From positions 124,001 through 188,000 of the forward strand of contig CAUYUJ010000048.1 in assembly GCA_963575745.1 (NCBI GenBank): a DNA stretch of 64,000 nucleotides, given 5' to 3'. Under the pieces are notes generated by a model that was not told the DNA's origin, ran no database searches, and saw nothing but the letters and a program-made list of their open reading frames with translations. Shown piece after piece: positions 26,001 through 37,541 of the stretch. A program made the translations under genes and the position numbers. This stretch comes from Prorocentrum cordatum. Taxonomy: Eukaryota. Every line of letters begins with the position of its first letter. Positions within the stretch are counted from its first letter, which is position 1.

Positions 26001-28905
26001 AGTATGTCCACGTGCGTCAAACAACATGCTGTTGAATAAAACAACTTGAAACAAGCGTGGAGGACTATTGAACACGCGTTCCTGGAAAAGCGTGGCCGGG
26101 AAGCGCTAACCCAATATCTCGACCTCAAACATTTATCAATGTCAAGGCCAGGGGTTGGCGGAGGGAATGTGCTTCTGTATAGTGCGGGCTTTGTTGCGGA
26201 TTGTTTCTGACCGCACCACCGCGGCCCCAAAATGTACACATAAGGTTAATGTAGGCGACTGATGAAAGAATGAACAACTGCGGGAACGACAAGGAACGAC
26301 CGCGAGTAGAATTCCAGGGAGAATTTGTTTGCATACTTGCGTCGTCGTCCTCGTCTTAGTCTCGTCTCTTCCATCGTCGTCGTCGTCGTCGTCGTCGTCC
26401 ACGACAGCCCCGCGCAGCCTACCCCACATCCCCTCCATCTCCCCATGGGGCATCCGAATCGCGTCGTCGTATGTTGTCCGTCGTCGCCCCGTCGACATCG
26501 TCGTCGACTACAGCGGGCCTACGCAGCACTCCCTCCACAAGGGGTATCCGTCGTCTGTGTCGTCGTGGTCGTCGTCGTCGTCGCCTTTGCCTGACGGAAG
26601 GGAAACGGGGCGGAAGAACGCGTGGACGAGGAGGAGGAGGGAGTGGGAGGACAGGAGGAGGGCGAGAAGGAGGGCAACATGACGGAGGCGCAGGTCTGCG
26701 CCGAACGCAGGCCTGCGCGCCGCGCAGGGGAGGCACGGCATCCCCTGCGGGGGGCGGTCTATCTGTTGCCAGGCCGCCGCGGCTCAAGAGCTTGGCTTTC
26801 AGTCGTGGGCGGCATGCTGCTTTCATTGCCACCTGCCCATCTCCCCCGTCAACCTCGCCCCGTGAGTGAGCACCCGACGAGGCGGGGACTCGTCAAATCC
26901 ATCACTGCCTGGGGGGAAGCGATCTTCGGGGGCCTCGGCAGGCGGTGGATGCGGACAGGTTCGGGCCACGGGGTGGCCACACGCGTCCACATCCATCGCC
27001 CGCCGAGGTCCACGAAGCTCGATCCTCCGGGCGGCGGTCATTGATCAGGAGGGGAAAAAGCACACAGACACAATTGATCGCCGATTCTCAGGCAAATATG
27101 CAAGAATATGGGAAGTGGGGGGAAGACAAAACCTACAAATGTAAGAAAATATGGGGAATCTTTTTATTTGTGTGTATTTATTTGTGTGTCCTGGGGCCCC
27201 TTCAATGGATGAATCCCCACTGTGCAGGACTGGCGCCCGCGGGTCCTGGGCCGGGGCGGCGTCCTCAGCCGGGGGGAGATCTCGGGTGGAGTCTGCCCGC
27301 GCCGCGGGGACGTACAATGAGCGGCTTGAATAAGGAACACTTGCTTTTCAAAAGGGGCTCGGTCGTTCCTTAGGCTTGCATGCGTTATGTATCGTTCCCT
27401 ATGCGTTGTGTATTGTTTGTTCATCGTTCCCTATGCGTTACTCCTTGGAAGAAAGGGGCTTCGTTCCTTATTTATCGTTCCTTAGGTCAGGCCGATGACT
27501 GTACACTGGTTGCTCTTCGCGCTGGCGCGGTGGCCGGCCTCGCACCGCAGGTCTGGAAGTGTGTTTGTTCAGAGAGGAGTGGCTGCTGGACGCGGAGTGG
27601 CGAGTGGGCGCAGGAGCCGAGGTCTGGGGCTCGAGGCCTCGAGGGTCTGGCTTCTGCTGACGTTGTGTTGCTTCTTTGGGCTTCCCATGGCGCCCTGAGT
27701 GCACCGCCTCTCGAGGCGTTGGGCGCCACCGCGCGGCGCCACGACCGCCCAGCGCGCGCGTCGCAAGCAAAAAGAAACAACCGAACGCTTCCCAGGGCGC
27801 CCTCGTTTGCGGGTCGCTTGGGGGTCTTGCCGCAGCATTCGGAGAGGGAGGGTCACTGCCACCACCGTTAGCTGGAGAGGGGCAGCCGTGGGGCTGGGGG
27901 GCAGCGGTGGTGCTCACCTTTCCTGGCACGTTCGCTGGGCACTCTGCGCATCGATGTCCAGGTAATCGGAGCCGCCTACGGCGAATCACCGCTGCCCCCG
28001 GCCCTGTGGAAGCGCACGCGTGGCCGAGGGTTGTGGCCAGCGCTCTGCCAGGCTATCGGGCCATGTGTTCCCCCAGCCGTTGTGGAAGCCCTTCGGCGAA
28101 CACTTGGGGGAGGATGGCGGTTCCTGGCCCGTTCGCTGGGCACCCTGCTCATCGTTGCCCATGTAATCTGGTGGCCTTCGGCCCATCCCGCGTGCCTGGG
28201 TGGGGGCTTCTTGGGGGCCGTTTTGAAGCGTCTGGGGGGGCGTTCGGGGGCCTCTTCGGGGCGTCTTCGGAGCCTCTTGGGGGTCTTTGGGGGCCTCTTG
28301 GGGCCTGTTGGAGCTTCGTTGGGGCCTCCTGGGGGCCCCATGGGGCGGATAACTCGGATTTTCGGTTCGCGTTCCCTCTGTTGGGCCCTTTTGGGGGCTG
28401 TCTTCGGGCCCTCTTGGGCCGTCTTGGGCGCCTCTGGATCCTTCTTGGGGCCCTCTTGGGCCGTGTTGTAGCCTTTTTGGGGCGGTCCTGGGAGCCTGTT
28501 AGGCCGTCTAGGAGCGTCGGGAGTTCAAATAGTCGAGGGTTCAAAGACCATTGAAACACGTATGAAACATACATGATTCGAACCTCTGGGTGCCCTCCTG
28601 GGAAGGCTCTTGGGGCTCTCTTTGGGCGTCTCGGATGCCTCTTTGGCTGTCTCGGGGCCATCTTGGGCGTCGTGGTGCGCTCGTGGGGCGTCTCGGAGCC
28701 CTCTTGGGCTCAAAAAACAAGTAACGCGTCGAGCCGCTGGGAATCCACTTTCTGCACCCACCCCTCGGGATTGAGGACCGAAGCTCGGGGGATGCAGGAC
28801 TGAGGCTCGGGGGATGGAGCAGGGGACCCGTGGACACTCCAACTCGTGCGCGGCCTCGAGGCACGGCGACGGCCAAGCAGTTCGTGTGCTCCGGGGGTCC
28901 GGGCA

Positions 28906-29084
28906 CTCCAGATTTCGTAATAAAAGGGAGGGGGTCTGGACCCTCCGAGACAAGCCATTTCAGACCTCCCCCGTGGGAGAACCCTCCAAAACATCGTCCC
29001 CAGACCCACCAGGCCCTCCAAGATAGCCTGGAAGAGACCCCCCCCCGAAATGAGACCCCCCTCCCTTCATTACGAAATCTGGAG
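28906..29084. mobile_element. MITE with TIR CTCCAGATTTCGTAATRAAGGGAGGGGG. Other copies: ~32055-32206 (partial), ~37764-37950 (inverted)
   Basis: ~28-bp inverted termini. TA lies next to most intact ends. Internal sequence is near-identical in three copies. Confidence 0.8.
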
Positions 29085-29138
29085 TAGTGATGGGGCGTTG
29101 CATAGTGCCTGCCGCCGGCCGCAAAGTCGGCCTCTCAG

Positions 29139-29178
29139 GATCGCGGAGAACGCCGAGATGTTCAGCGCCACGCCGGAG
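29139..29178 (+). CDS. Aldo/keto reductase exon (3' boundary uncertain, could extend to 29195)
   Basis: ctctcag|G ATC GCG GAG AAC GCC GAG ATG TTC encodes (R)IAENAEMF. It continues the PKS..RIxEN motif in the phase required by the 7341-7434 exon. Confidence 0.75.
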
Positions 29179-29799
29179 GGCTTCGCCTATGCCCGGTCGG
29201 CGTCGGTGTCTCGAGCCAGTTGTCTCTTGGGGGCCCGTTGTGGGGCACAGCCGCAGGGCGCGGCGTCGGGTGCCGACCTCCCCCGCGCAAGGGGGGTGGG
29301 GGGCGCGTGATGGGTCGAGCCCGCTGGCTTCCGAACAGGAGCTTCGGAGAGCCTCCGAAAGGGCTTTCCCAGACCCTTCTCCGGGGGCGCTCCAGCACGG
29401 CAGTGGCAGGGAGAAGGTGAAGGTGGGGGAGGAGGACGTCGACGACAAGGACGGAGAGATGAAAAGGAAGAGTCGTGCCGTGGGACGTCCTGGAAGACTC
29501 GATCGGTTGAACAAGCTCATTGGAAATGACCAAGATGTCTCATGGGGTTTTCGACGCCGATCTTGGTCATTGTTCATGCCGGCCGTCGCCGAGTTGGGAG
29601 GATGATCCACGAATTGACGCTCACCAAGACGGACGGAGCACAAGATCGACACGAGGTTTCCGCGTTCGGTCTTGGTCATTATCCCCGTTCTCTTCCCCTC
29701 CTCTGGATCCCTTGAAAGAAATCCTTACCCGTCGTAGCGCACGGCGGGGCGCCACGCTTCAAAAGAGCAAGATTCAAGCTTGAGACTTAAGCTTCACCT

Positions 29800-31525
29800 G
29801 AGGTGCTCGAGCTTGAGCTTCGAATTCCATGTGAGAGCCAAGCGTGGTTCGGAGAGGTTCAGGGAAGGTTGAAGCGCACACGTCGGCGACCACCAAGCGA
29901 AAACATTTGTTCATTGCATCGCAGTTGTTCTGCACTGCGATGTTTCTGCGTTGCAGTTTTTGTCGCCGTAGTCGCGCTGCTCGAACTTGAGCTTGAGATG
30001 CCGCGTGGGAGCCAAGCGTGGTTTGGGGAGGTTCCGGGAGGGTCGAAGCGCGCTCATCGGCGGCCACCACACGAGAACAGTTTTTGTTTGCACTGCCGTT
30101 TTTTCTGTGCACCTGCAGCTCTTGTCCGGATTGCAGTTCTCTTGCGCTGTGGCGGCGCTGCTGGAGCTTGGGCTCAGGATTCCGCGCGGGAGCCGAGCGT
30201 GGCTCGGGGGATGCTCCGGGAGGGCCGGAGCGCACACGTCGGCGACGGCCGCACGACAATAGCTGCTTGATGCACTGCATGCTGTTTCCATTTTGTGATC
30301 GTTCTCTTGCTCCCTGTTTTGCCGAGTGGCGCGACGCCCTGGCCCCCCCCCATTCCGCCCAGTGTCGAAACGCCGGATAAAAAATTTGACGTATTGTATG
30401 TTGTTTCCATTGTGATCGTTCTCTTGTTCCTTGTTTTGCCGATTGACGCGACGCGGGCCCCGGCCCCCCTTCTCCCCCCCCTGGAGTGGATCTTGGGTGT
30501 TTCTGTTGGCGCCTGTTTCGAGCAGGCGGAGAGTCTCCCCCGTGGGAAACTGCTGCAAGCAGTCGCACTAAGCAGAGGTCCAGAGCCAGACCCCCTCCCC
30601 TCCCCCCCCTTTCCGCCCAATGTCGAAACGCCGAATCAAAAAACGTTCACATTCCAGTTTTTGCTGCATTGCAGTTTTGTTGCGCTGTAGTGGCTGGCGC
30701 TGCACGGGAGCCTCGGACTCCGCGTGCGAGCCCATTGCGGTTTAGGGAGGTCCGGGGAGGGCTGAAGCGCCCACATCGTCGACGACCACACGGCACAGCT
30801 GGTGTCGTATTGCAGTGATGCGTGCATTGCAGTTCTTGCTTGCACTGCAGCGTTTCAGCGTTGCAGATTTTTCTACGCCGTCGTGGCGCTGCGCGTGGGA
30901 GCCAAGCGTGGTTTAGGGAGGTTCGGGGAGGGTTGAAGCGCACAAGTCGGCGGCGACGACGATCTGAAAACAGCCCTGTTCGTGTTGCAGTTGTTTCGCA
31001 ATGCACTTTTGCTGCATTGCAGTTTATTTTTGCGCTGTGGTGGCGCTGCTGGGGCTTGAGCTTAGGAGTCCGCGTGGGAGCCAAGCGTGGTTTGGGGCGG
31101 TTCACGGAGGATAGAAGTGCACATGTCGGCGACGAAGACGCGAAGCTATGTTTTTTGCATTGTTGTTTGTTTTTGTATGGTTATTTGTTTTGCAGTGCTG
31201 ATTTGTTTCGCTGCAGTGGCGCCTAACTGGCTGGTCTGGCTGGCTGGTCTGACTGCTCTGGCTGGCTGGTCTGGCTGGTCTGACTGGCTGCTCTGGCTAG
31301 TCTGCTTGGTCCGGTCAGGTTGATCTGCGTAGTCTGGTCCTGGCTTGTTTGTTTGGTCCGGGCAGGTTGACCTGAGTCTGGTCCGGATTTCTCTGGTCTG
31401 AATGGCTAGTTGGTTTGGTTGGTCTGGTTGGTCTACATGCCTGATCTAGTTAGTTTACCTGGCTGTTCTGACTGGCTGGTCGGGCCAGTCTGCTGGGTGG
31501 TCTGGGTGGCAGGTCTGGTCTGTCT
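29800..31525. repeat. ~180-bp diverged tandem repeat followed by a CTGGT-type microsatellite (31225-31525)
   Basis: GAGCCAAGCGTGGTT..GGAGGTTC..GAAGCGCACA.GTCGGCGAC recurs about six times. Confidence 0.8.
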
Positions 31526-32458
31526 AGTCGATGTACTTGCGGCCCATCCACTGTAAAACAATGTTTGGTGCATCGCAGTTCTGGTCTGCTTGGTCAGGTA
31601 CAGACCGCCCCGAGGCCGCGGACATTTCCCACGAGCCGGGCCTGGGGCTCAAAGTGGGACCGAACGCGCTGCTCGAGTCAAGTCCTGCTGCGGCGGAAAG
31701 GGAGGTCATGGGGGGGGAGGGAACACTGGCAGCCATGTCAGCTTTTGTGCTTCAAGGCATGGTAAGGCGCCGGGGGGCATCAGAACTGTTCGCCTCGAGC
31801 GGAGTAGAACAAGTCGGCTACACCTCGATGTTTCGGTGCTCGCGGTAGGAGTTTTTGGGACGCTGTCGTCGGCCCCTGGAGGTTTCTCTTGCCTCGGGAT
31901 GCGCTCCAGCAGCTGCGCCTCGCAGAGGGCGCTGCGGGGGGGGGGGGCCCTCTCGTCCCGAAGGTCCGCCAGAGGCCCGAGTGATGACCTGGAGGCGGCG
32001 TGACTCCTCGCCGGGGTGTCCGCCCCTCGGAGGTCGAGCGCGCACGAACGACATGGGTCTGGACCCTCCAAGACAAGCCATTTCAGACCTCCCCCGTGGG
32101 AGAACCCTCCAAAACATCGTCCCCAGACCCCCCAGGCCCTCCAAGATCGCCTGGAAGAGACCCCCCCCGAAATGAGACCCCCCTCCCTTTATTACGAAAT
32201 CTGGAGTAGGAGCTCGAGGTTCGAGGTTTTCGGACGTTTTCTCAGGTTCTCGGCTGCTGTGCGGCCTGAGGATGCTCTCCAGTGGCTGCGCATCGGCGAG
32301 GGCGTTCCCGGGGTGCGTGCGTGTCGTTCCGGGCGGCCGCTGGAGAGCCGAGCTAGGGCCCGAGAGCCAGACGCAGGACGCAGAAGCTCGAGGCGGGAAG
32401 AGCCACAGCGGCTGCACCAGTCCGTTTGCCAATTCATTTTGGCCGAGTGCATGCCGTC

Positions 32459-32685
32459 AGAGCCCCGAATCATCAGGGGTAACTCGGGTCAGGGATAACT
32501 CGGGTTCGTTTTTCGGGAATCCGAACCCGAGTTACCCCGGACCCGAGTTACCCCGGATAGCTCGGGCGCCCAGAGCCCCACATCATCAGGGGTAACTCGG
32601 GTCAGGGCTAACTCGGGTTCTTTTTTCGGGAATCCAAACCCGAGTTACCCCGGACCCGAGTTACCCCATATAACTCGGGCGCCCA
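32459..32685. repeat. Tandem dimer of a ~113-bp hairpin element; monomer at ~36614-36727; related pieces at ~24875-25040
   Basis: GGGGTAACTCGGGTCAGGGNTAACTCGGGTTC..AACCCGAGTTACCCCGGACCCGAGTTACCCC folds on itself. Confidence 0.8.
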
Positions 32686-32696
32686 ATACCGACGAG

Positions 32697-32776
32697 GTTC
32701 GATTGCCCCATCGTGGGTTCGCGGAACTTACTGAGAGCGAGATGAACGCCATCGACGCCTTGCACAAGGGAATCAG
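32697..32776 (+). CDS. Aldo/keto reductase exon (5' boundary uncertain)
   Basis: Encodes ..GFAELTESEMNAIDALHKGI(R), the AKR C-terminal FxLxxEEMxxIDxL motif. Ends AG|gc, phase 2. Confidence 0.75.
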
Positions 32777-33239
32777 GCGCCGATCTGCTGCCATGAGTGC
32801 CGAAGAGAATTTGGGAGAGGTGGTCACGGGCAAATGGACGAATCAGCGATCAGTCCCCTACCGCCAGGCTTGCTACATGGCCAGTCGTGCCGTGCACGGG
32901 CACATGTGTCCGCTGTCTTTGAGATAAGTGAGGGGCGAGTGACCAGCACCATATCGAGAGATCGGTGCGACATAGATATTACGTGTGCGTATACATACAT
33001 AATTATGCATATCAGGTTGAGGGGGCCGAACGGTTACTCATTGTCCTTGGGCGCGTGGCAGAAGTTGCGTTCCGTCTGGCGGATTATGTTTGTTGTTGTG
33101 GTTGTTTTTGTTTGAATTTCCCGTTCTAAATAATGATTATCGTTGATCCCCCCTCCGATGACCATTGCATCTTTCAATTGAAATGCTCCTCCCGGGTGTC
33201 GCATCTTTTTTTTTTCAAGGGAAAGCGGTGGTCTCCAAA

Positions 33240-35045
33240 CGGGGCCGCTGGCCCCCGAGTTTCAACAACAACGGCCCGGGCCTGATACATCCTCACAATT
33301 TACTGAGACATCGCGGTTTCGCGCGGGATCTCCTCACAAGTTTTGCAGGTATCGCGCTCTCGCGTAGGATTTCTTTTGCATGTATTCACTTACCGCGCCA
33401 TCCACACTCAGGAATCACGCTCTCGTTTTGGCTTCTCGCGCGATTTACTTGGGAATCGCGCTATCGCTCGAGACGTCTTCGCGATTCATGCAGGACGCAC
33501 GTTTCAGCAACCCGCCTGCTCGACCTGGCCGCCTGGACCCGCCTTTCCGGCCCGCCCGCTAGGATCTACCAGCCCAGTCTGCCCGCCTGGTTTTGCCACG
33601 TCCTTTTTGTTCCTTGCCACCCTCCTGCTACCGTCCCCCATCGCATTTTTCAATTCAAATGCTTCCCCCAGGACTCGTACAAGGGAAAGCGAGGGGTCAC
33701 CACACCGCGTTGTTGACCCCCAGATGAGAACAACGATGCCCGCCTGATTTTTATTCACAATGTATTCCCAAATCGCGCTCGCGCGCTGAACTTCTTCACA
33801 ATGTATGCAGGAATCGCGCTTTCGCGTGGGACGTCCTTGCAATTTATGCAGATGCCCCCTCGACACTCGGGAATTACGCTCTCGCGGTAGATTTTCCCGA
33901 TGATTCATTTGGGAGTCGCGTCATCGCTCGAGACGTCTTCGCGATTCATGCATGACGCACGCTTCAGCAACCCGCCTGCTCGACCTGGCCGCCTGGGTCC
34001 GGCTTCCCGACTCGCCTGGTAAAGTCTACCCGCCTTGTTTGCCCGTTTGGTTTTGCCGCGTGTTTTTTGTTCCTGGCCACCCTCCTGCTACTCTCCCTCT
34101 CGTGCTCCATCCTTCTCCCTCCCCCTTGTTCCTTCCTTCCATCCGTCCGCTTTTCCCTGCCTAAAGGCTGCGCGAAATACACGTTGCAGGTAGGGACGAT
34201 ATACCCCCAAGGGGGTACGATCGAAGACGACGAGGGCGGGTATCGAGGGTTTGGGATATACGTGTTGAATGTCACGCTGGCAGATACGAGCGAACAGTCT
34301 TAAAATGATTGTTGTTCTTGGTCATCTTTTGTTTCTGAAGAACAAGTATTGTTGATCCCCCCCGCCCGGTGCACGTTGTATTTTTCAATTGAATTGCCAT
34401 CTGGGGTATACACCGAGTTGTTTGTCAGCGAAAGTCTTGAGCGTCATACTGCGCCCCCAGCCCCGGAGTTACAACAACAGCGGCTCCCGCCTGGCTGTTC
34501 TGCACAATGTATTGAGAAATCAAGCTCTCGCGCGGAACGTTTTCCCACTTTATATAGGAATCGCGCTCTCTCGTGGGACTTCTCGCCATTTATTCAAACG
34601 CCGCGCCCTCGACACTCAGGAATCACGCTCTCGCTATGGATTTCCTGGCGATTTATTTGGGAATCGCGCTATCGCTCGAGACTTCCTCGCGATTCATGCA
34701 GGACGCACGCATCAGCAACCCGCCTGCTCGACCTGGCCGCCTGGGCCCACCGCCGTTAGGGTCTGACCGCCCGATCTGCCCGTCTGGTTCTGCCACGTGT
34801 TTCCTGTTCCGAGCCCCCTTCCTGCTACTCTCTCTCTCTCTTGTGCTCCATCCTCTTCCCCTGTGTTCCTTGCGTCCATCCGTCCTCTCTTCCCGTCTTT
34901 TGGGTTGCACGACATACACTTTGCAGGTCGGAAAATTCTATCCCCCCTAAGGGGGGTTCGATTGAAGACGAAGAGGGCGGGTATCGAGGATTTGGGATAT
35001 CCGTGTTGACTGGCGCGCGAGCAGGTAAGAGCGAGCAGTCTTAAC
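33240..35045. repeat. Triplicated several-hundred-bp unit
   Basis: CGCGATTCATGCA.GACGCACG..TCAGCAACCCGCCTGCTCGACCTGGCCGCCTGG at ~33480, ~33940 and ~34688. Confidence 0.85.
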
Positions 35046-35835
35046 ATGACTATTGACGTTGTTGTTGTCGTTGCTGTTGCTGTTGCTGCTGCTGTTGCCG
35101 TTGCGTTGTCGTCGCCCTCGCCCGCGACGCGCCCGCGACCCACCCGCGACCCACCCCGCAACCCACCCGCGACCCACCCCAGGCCCGCCTTCTCGCTCCT
35201 ATCCGCGTTTGCGGGGCGCGACGTACGCGTACAACGCAAGCTGTGTGGTGTGAGGCTGGAGGTGGCAGCTGTCCAGCTGTGCTGTTGAAGCTATATGCGG
35301 TGCAAGCTAGGTCGTCCAAGCTCAAGCCATGTCGAGCAAGCCACGTGGTGTAAGCTCCGCGCACGGGGCGCCCACGAGGGCGCACGAGGTGGCCCGGGCG
35401 GCAATGTCGCGCAACCTCTGCAGACCCCGCGAACGCACGGGGGCGCCCACGAGCGCCCACGAGGCGGCACGGGCGGCAGCGTGGCGCAATCTCGGCAGCC
35501 CTTCCCCAGCCGACAGGGCGTCCACGAGCGCCCACGAGGCCACGTGGCGCAACCGCGGCAGCCCCTCCCAGCGCACGGGGCGCCCACGAGGAGCCCACGA
35601 GGCGGCATGGTCGAAAATCGTGACGAAAACCCGGAGTACCCAACCGATTGCTGGGGAAAGCCAAATCAGATCCCCGAGTTAAGTGCAAGCACTGTTTTGG
35701 GGACAGCAGCGAGAAGAGAGCGAGAGAGAGAGAGAGAGAAAGAGAGAGGGAGAGAGGAAGAGAGAGAAAGCGAGAGATGAAGAAAGAGAGAGAGAGAGAG
35801 AGGAAGAGAAAGGGAGAGAGGGAGGGGCGACCGAG

Positions 35836-35875
35836 GTATGCCTGGAAGGGCGTAGACCCCGACACCGTGGAGTGA
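35836..35875 (+). CDS. Aldo/keto reductase terminal exon
   Basis: gag|G TAT GCC TGG AAG GGC GTA GAC CCC GAC ACC GTG GAG TGA encodes (R)YAWKGVDPDTVE*. Phase matches the previous exon and resembles the AKR R..W..DP tail. Confidence 0.7.
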
Positions 35876-36309
35876 CGGCCGTGTGAGGTGCGCGGCCTGC
35901 CCGGGGGCCTTGCCTGACGGCTGGTGCCTCCCGCGGCCGCTGGCACTTTTTCCCGGGGAGCCTCGAGGATCGAGAAGGCGCTTGGCAGCAGCCGGCCTCC
36001 CAATCCCCCTTGCTCGCTTCAACCGCCTATGGAGTTCTCCTGCTCCCCACTTCTCGCTGCGCCTCCTCCGCCCCGCCCCACACATCCTGCACTCCATGTC
36101 CATGCAGCTATCCCCCTCCTTGTCCCTCTCCACCTGCTCCTCCTCTCCCGTGCATCCTTCTGCGCACCCTTCCCCTCCTCATCCGCCGATCCCTCTTCTC
36201 CCCCTTCCCCATCACTACTGCCCACCGGCGGATGATGGGGATGCGGGCTGGCGCTCCCCACCAGGCTCCTGAGGTCATCTTTCGCACTGACCCCGCCGCG
36301 TCCGTGGTG

Positions 36310-36512
36310 TGCGGGCAATAGTTATATTCATATCCAGTGCGTCTTGGACTTTCTTGGAAGGGGCGCCGCAAGGCCGAGGCGCACTGGATATGGACAAAGA
36401 TCGAACCTGTTGGAGGCAGATTATCATCCATAATCCAGTGCGCCTCATGTTTCTTGGGAAGAGAGCCCGAAACTCCAAGACGCACTGGATGTGGATATAG
36501 ACATTGCCCGCA
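36310..36512. mobile_element. TIR/palindromic element with a long flanking direct repeat
   Basis: TGCGGGCAAT..ATCCAGTGCGTCTTGGA / TCCAAGACGCACTGGAT..ATTGCCCGCA. Flanked by TGACCCCGCCGCGTCCG at 36288 and 36513. Confidence 0.7.
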
Positions 36513-37541
36513 TGACCCCGCCGCGTCCGCTGTGAGCTGCCGGCCTCCAGGGCCTGAGACGGACCTCGGGAGGCCCCTGGCCCGGCGCAGGGCTCGCCGG
36601 CTCGACTGCTCTCAGAGCCCCGAATCATCAGGGGTAACTCGGGTCAGGGCTAACTCGGGTTCGTTTTTCGGGAACCCAAACCCGAGTTACCCCGGACCCG
36701 AGTTACCCCGGATATTTCGGGCGTCCAATGCTCTTGGCTCCTTGGCGCCTGGCCGCTCGGGCGGCCCCCGCGCGGCCCGCAGTGTTCGCGGCGGCGCGCC
36801 GGCGGGTGGGCAGGGAGGGAAGGGGGCTCCTCCTCCTCCTCCTCCTCCTCCTCCTCCTCCTCCTCCTCCTCCTCCTCCTCCTCCTCCTCCTCCTCCTCCT
36901 CCAAGCGGGCGGGGGCCTTCCCAGGAGGGATGGGGCCCTTGGGAGGCCCAACCTTTCCGGCCTTCGAATAGGCGGCGGGGGGGGGATGGTGCCTCGTCGT
37001 CCGCCGTCGCGACGTGGCACGCCACGTCACCACGGAGATCCCCCACTGCGGGAAGCCTCGGCGCCTTTCTCATGGCGCCAACTTCGCAGAACGGATCTCG
37101 TTTGACAAACTGTGGAATGGGCCCGGAGTGTCCTGGAGAATTCCGTTCCGGATTTCGAAGTGAATTTCGTGCGGATTTTGTTTTGGGCCAGGAATGAAGA
37201 TTGAACAACATCCACGCGAAATTCACTTCGTTTTTCGCTCGCCATTTCGGGGCTTTGAATTTACAGAAATCCACGCACAAATCCGCTGCATCGCGTCTGC
37301 AAGGTCGGTGTAGTGACATTTTTTTTCCCCGCTCCGCTTCTCTCGGGCCGGGCGGGCCCGGACCTGAGAGGCTCCGAGAGGCCAGACGCTTCCGAGATCC
37401 GAGAGGATCCCGGTGCTTTCTCTCGCCACGGCGACCAGACTTGAAGATCAGACGGCCGCACCCCTCCCCCTCCCTCGTGCGCGCCGCCAGTGTTCTCTGC
37501 CCCGTTAGGAGGGCGTTGCGCGCGGGGTGCGCAGCGCGAGC

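Noticed and set aside
29830..31095. CCACGCTTGGCTC on the minus strand resembling the SL core
   Set aside because: It is part of a ~180-bp tandem repeat and lacks the terminal AAG.
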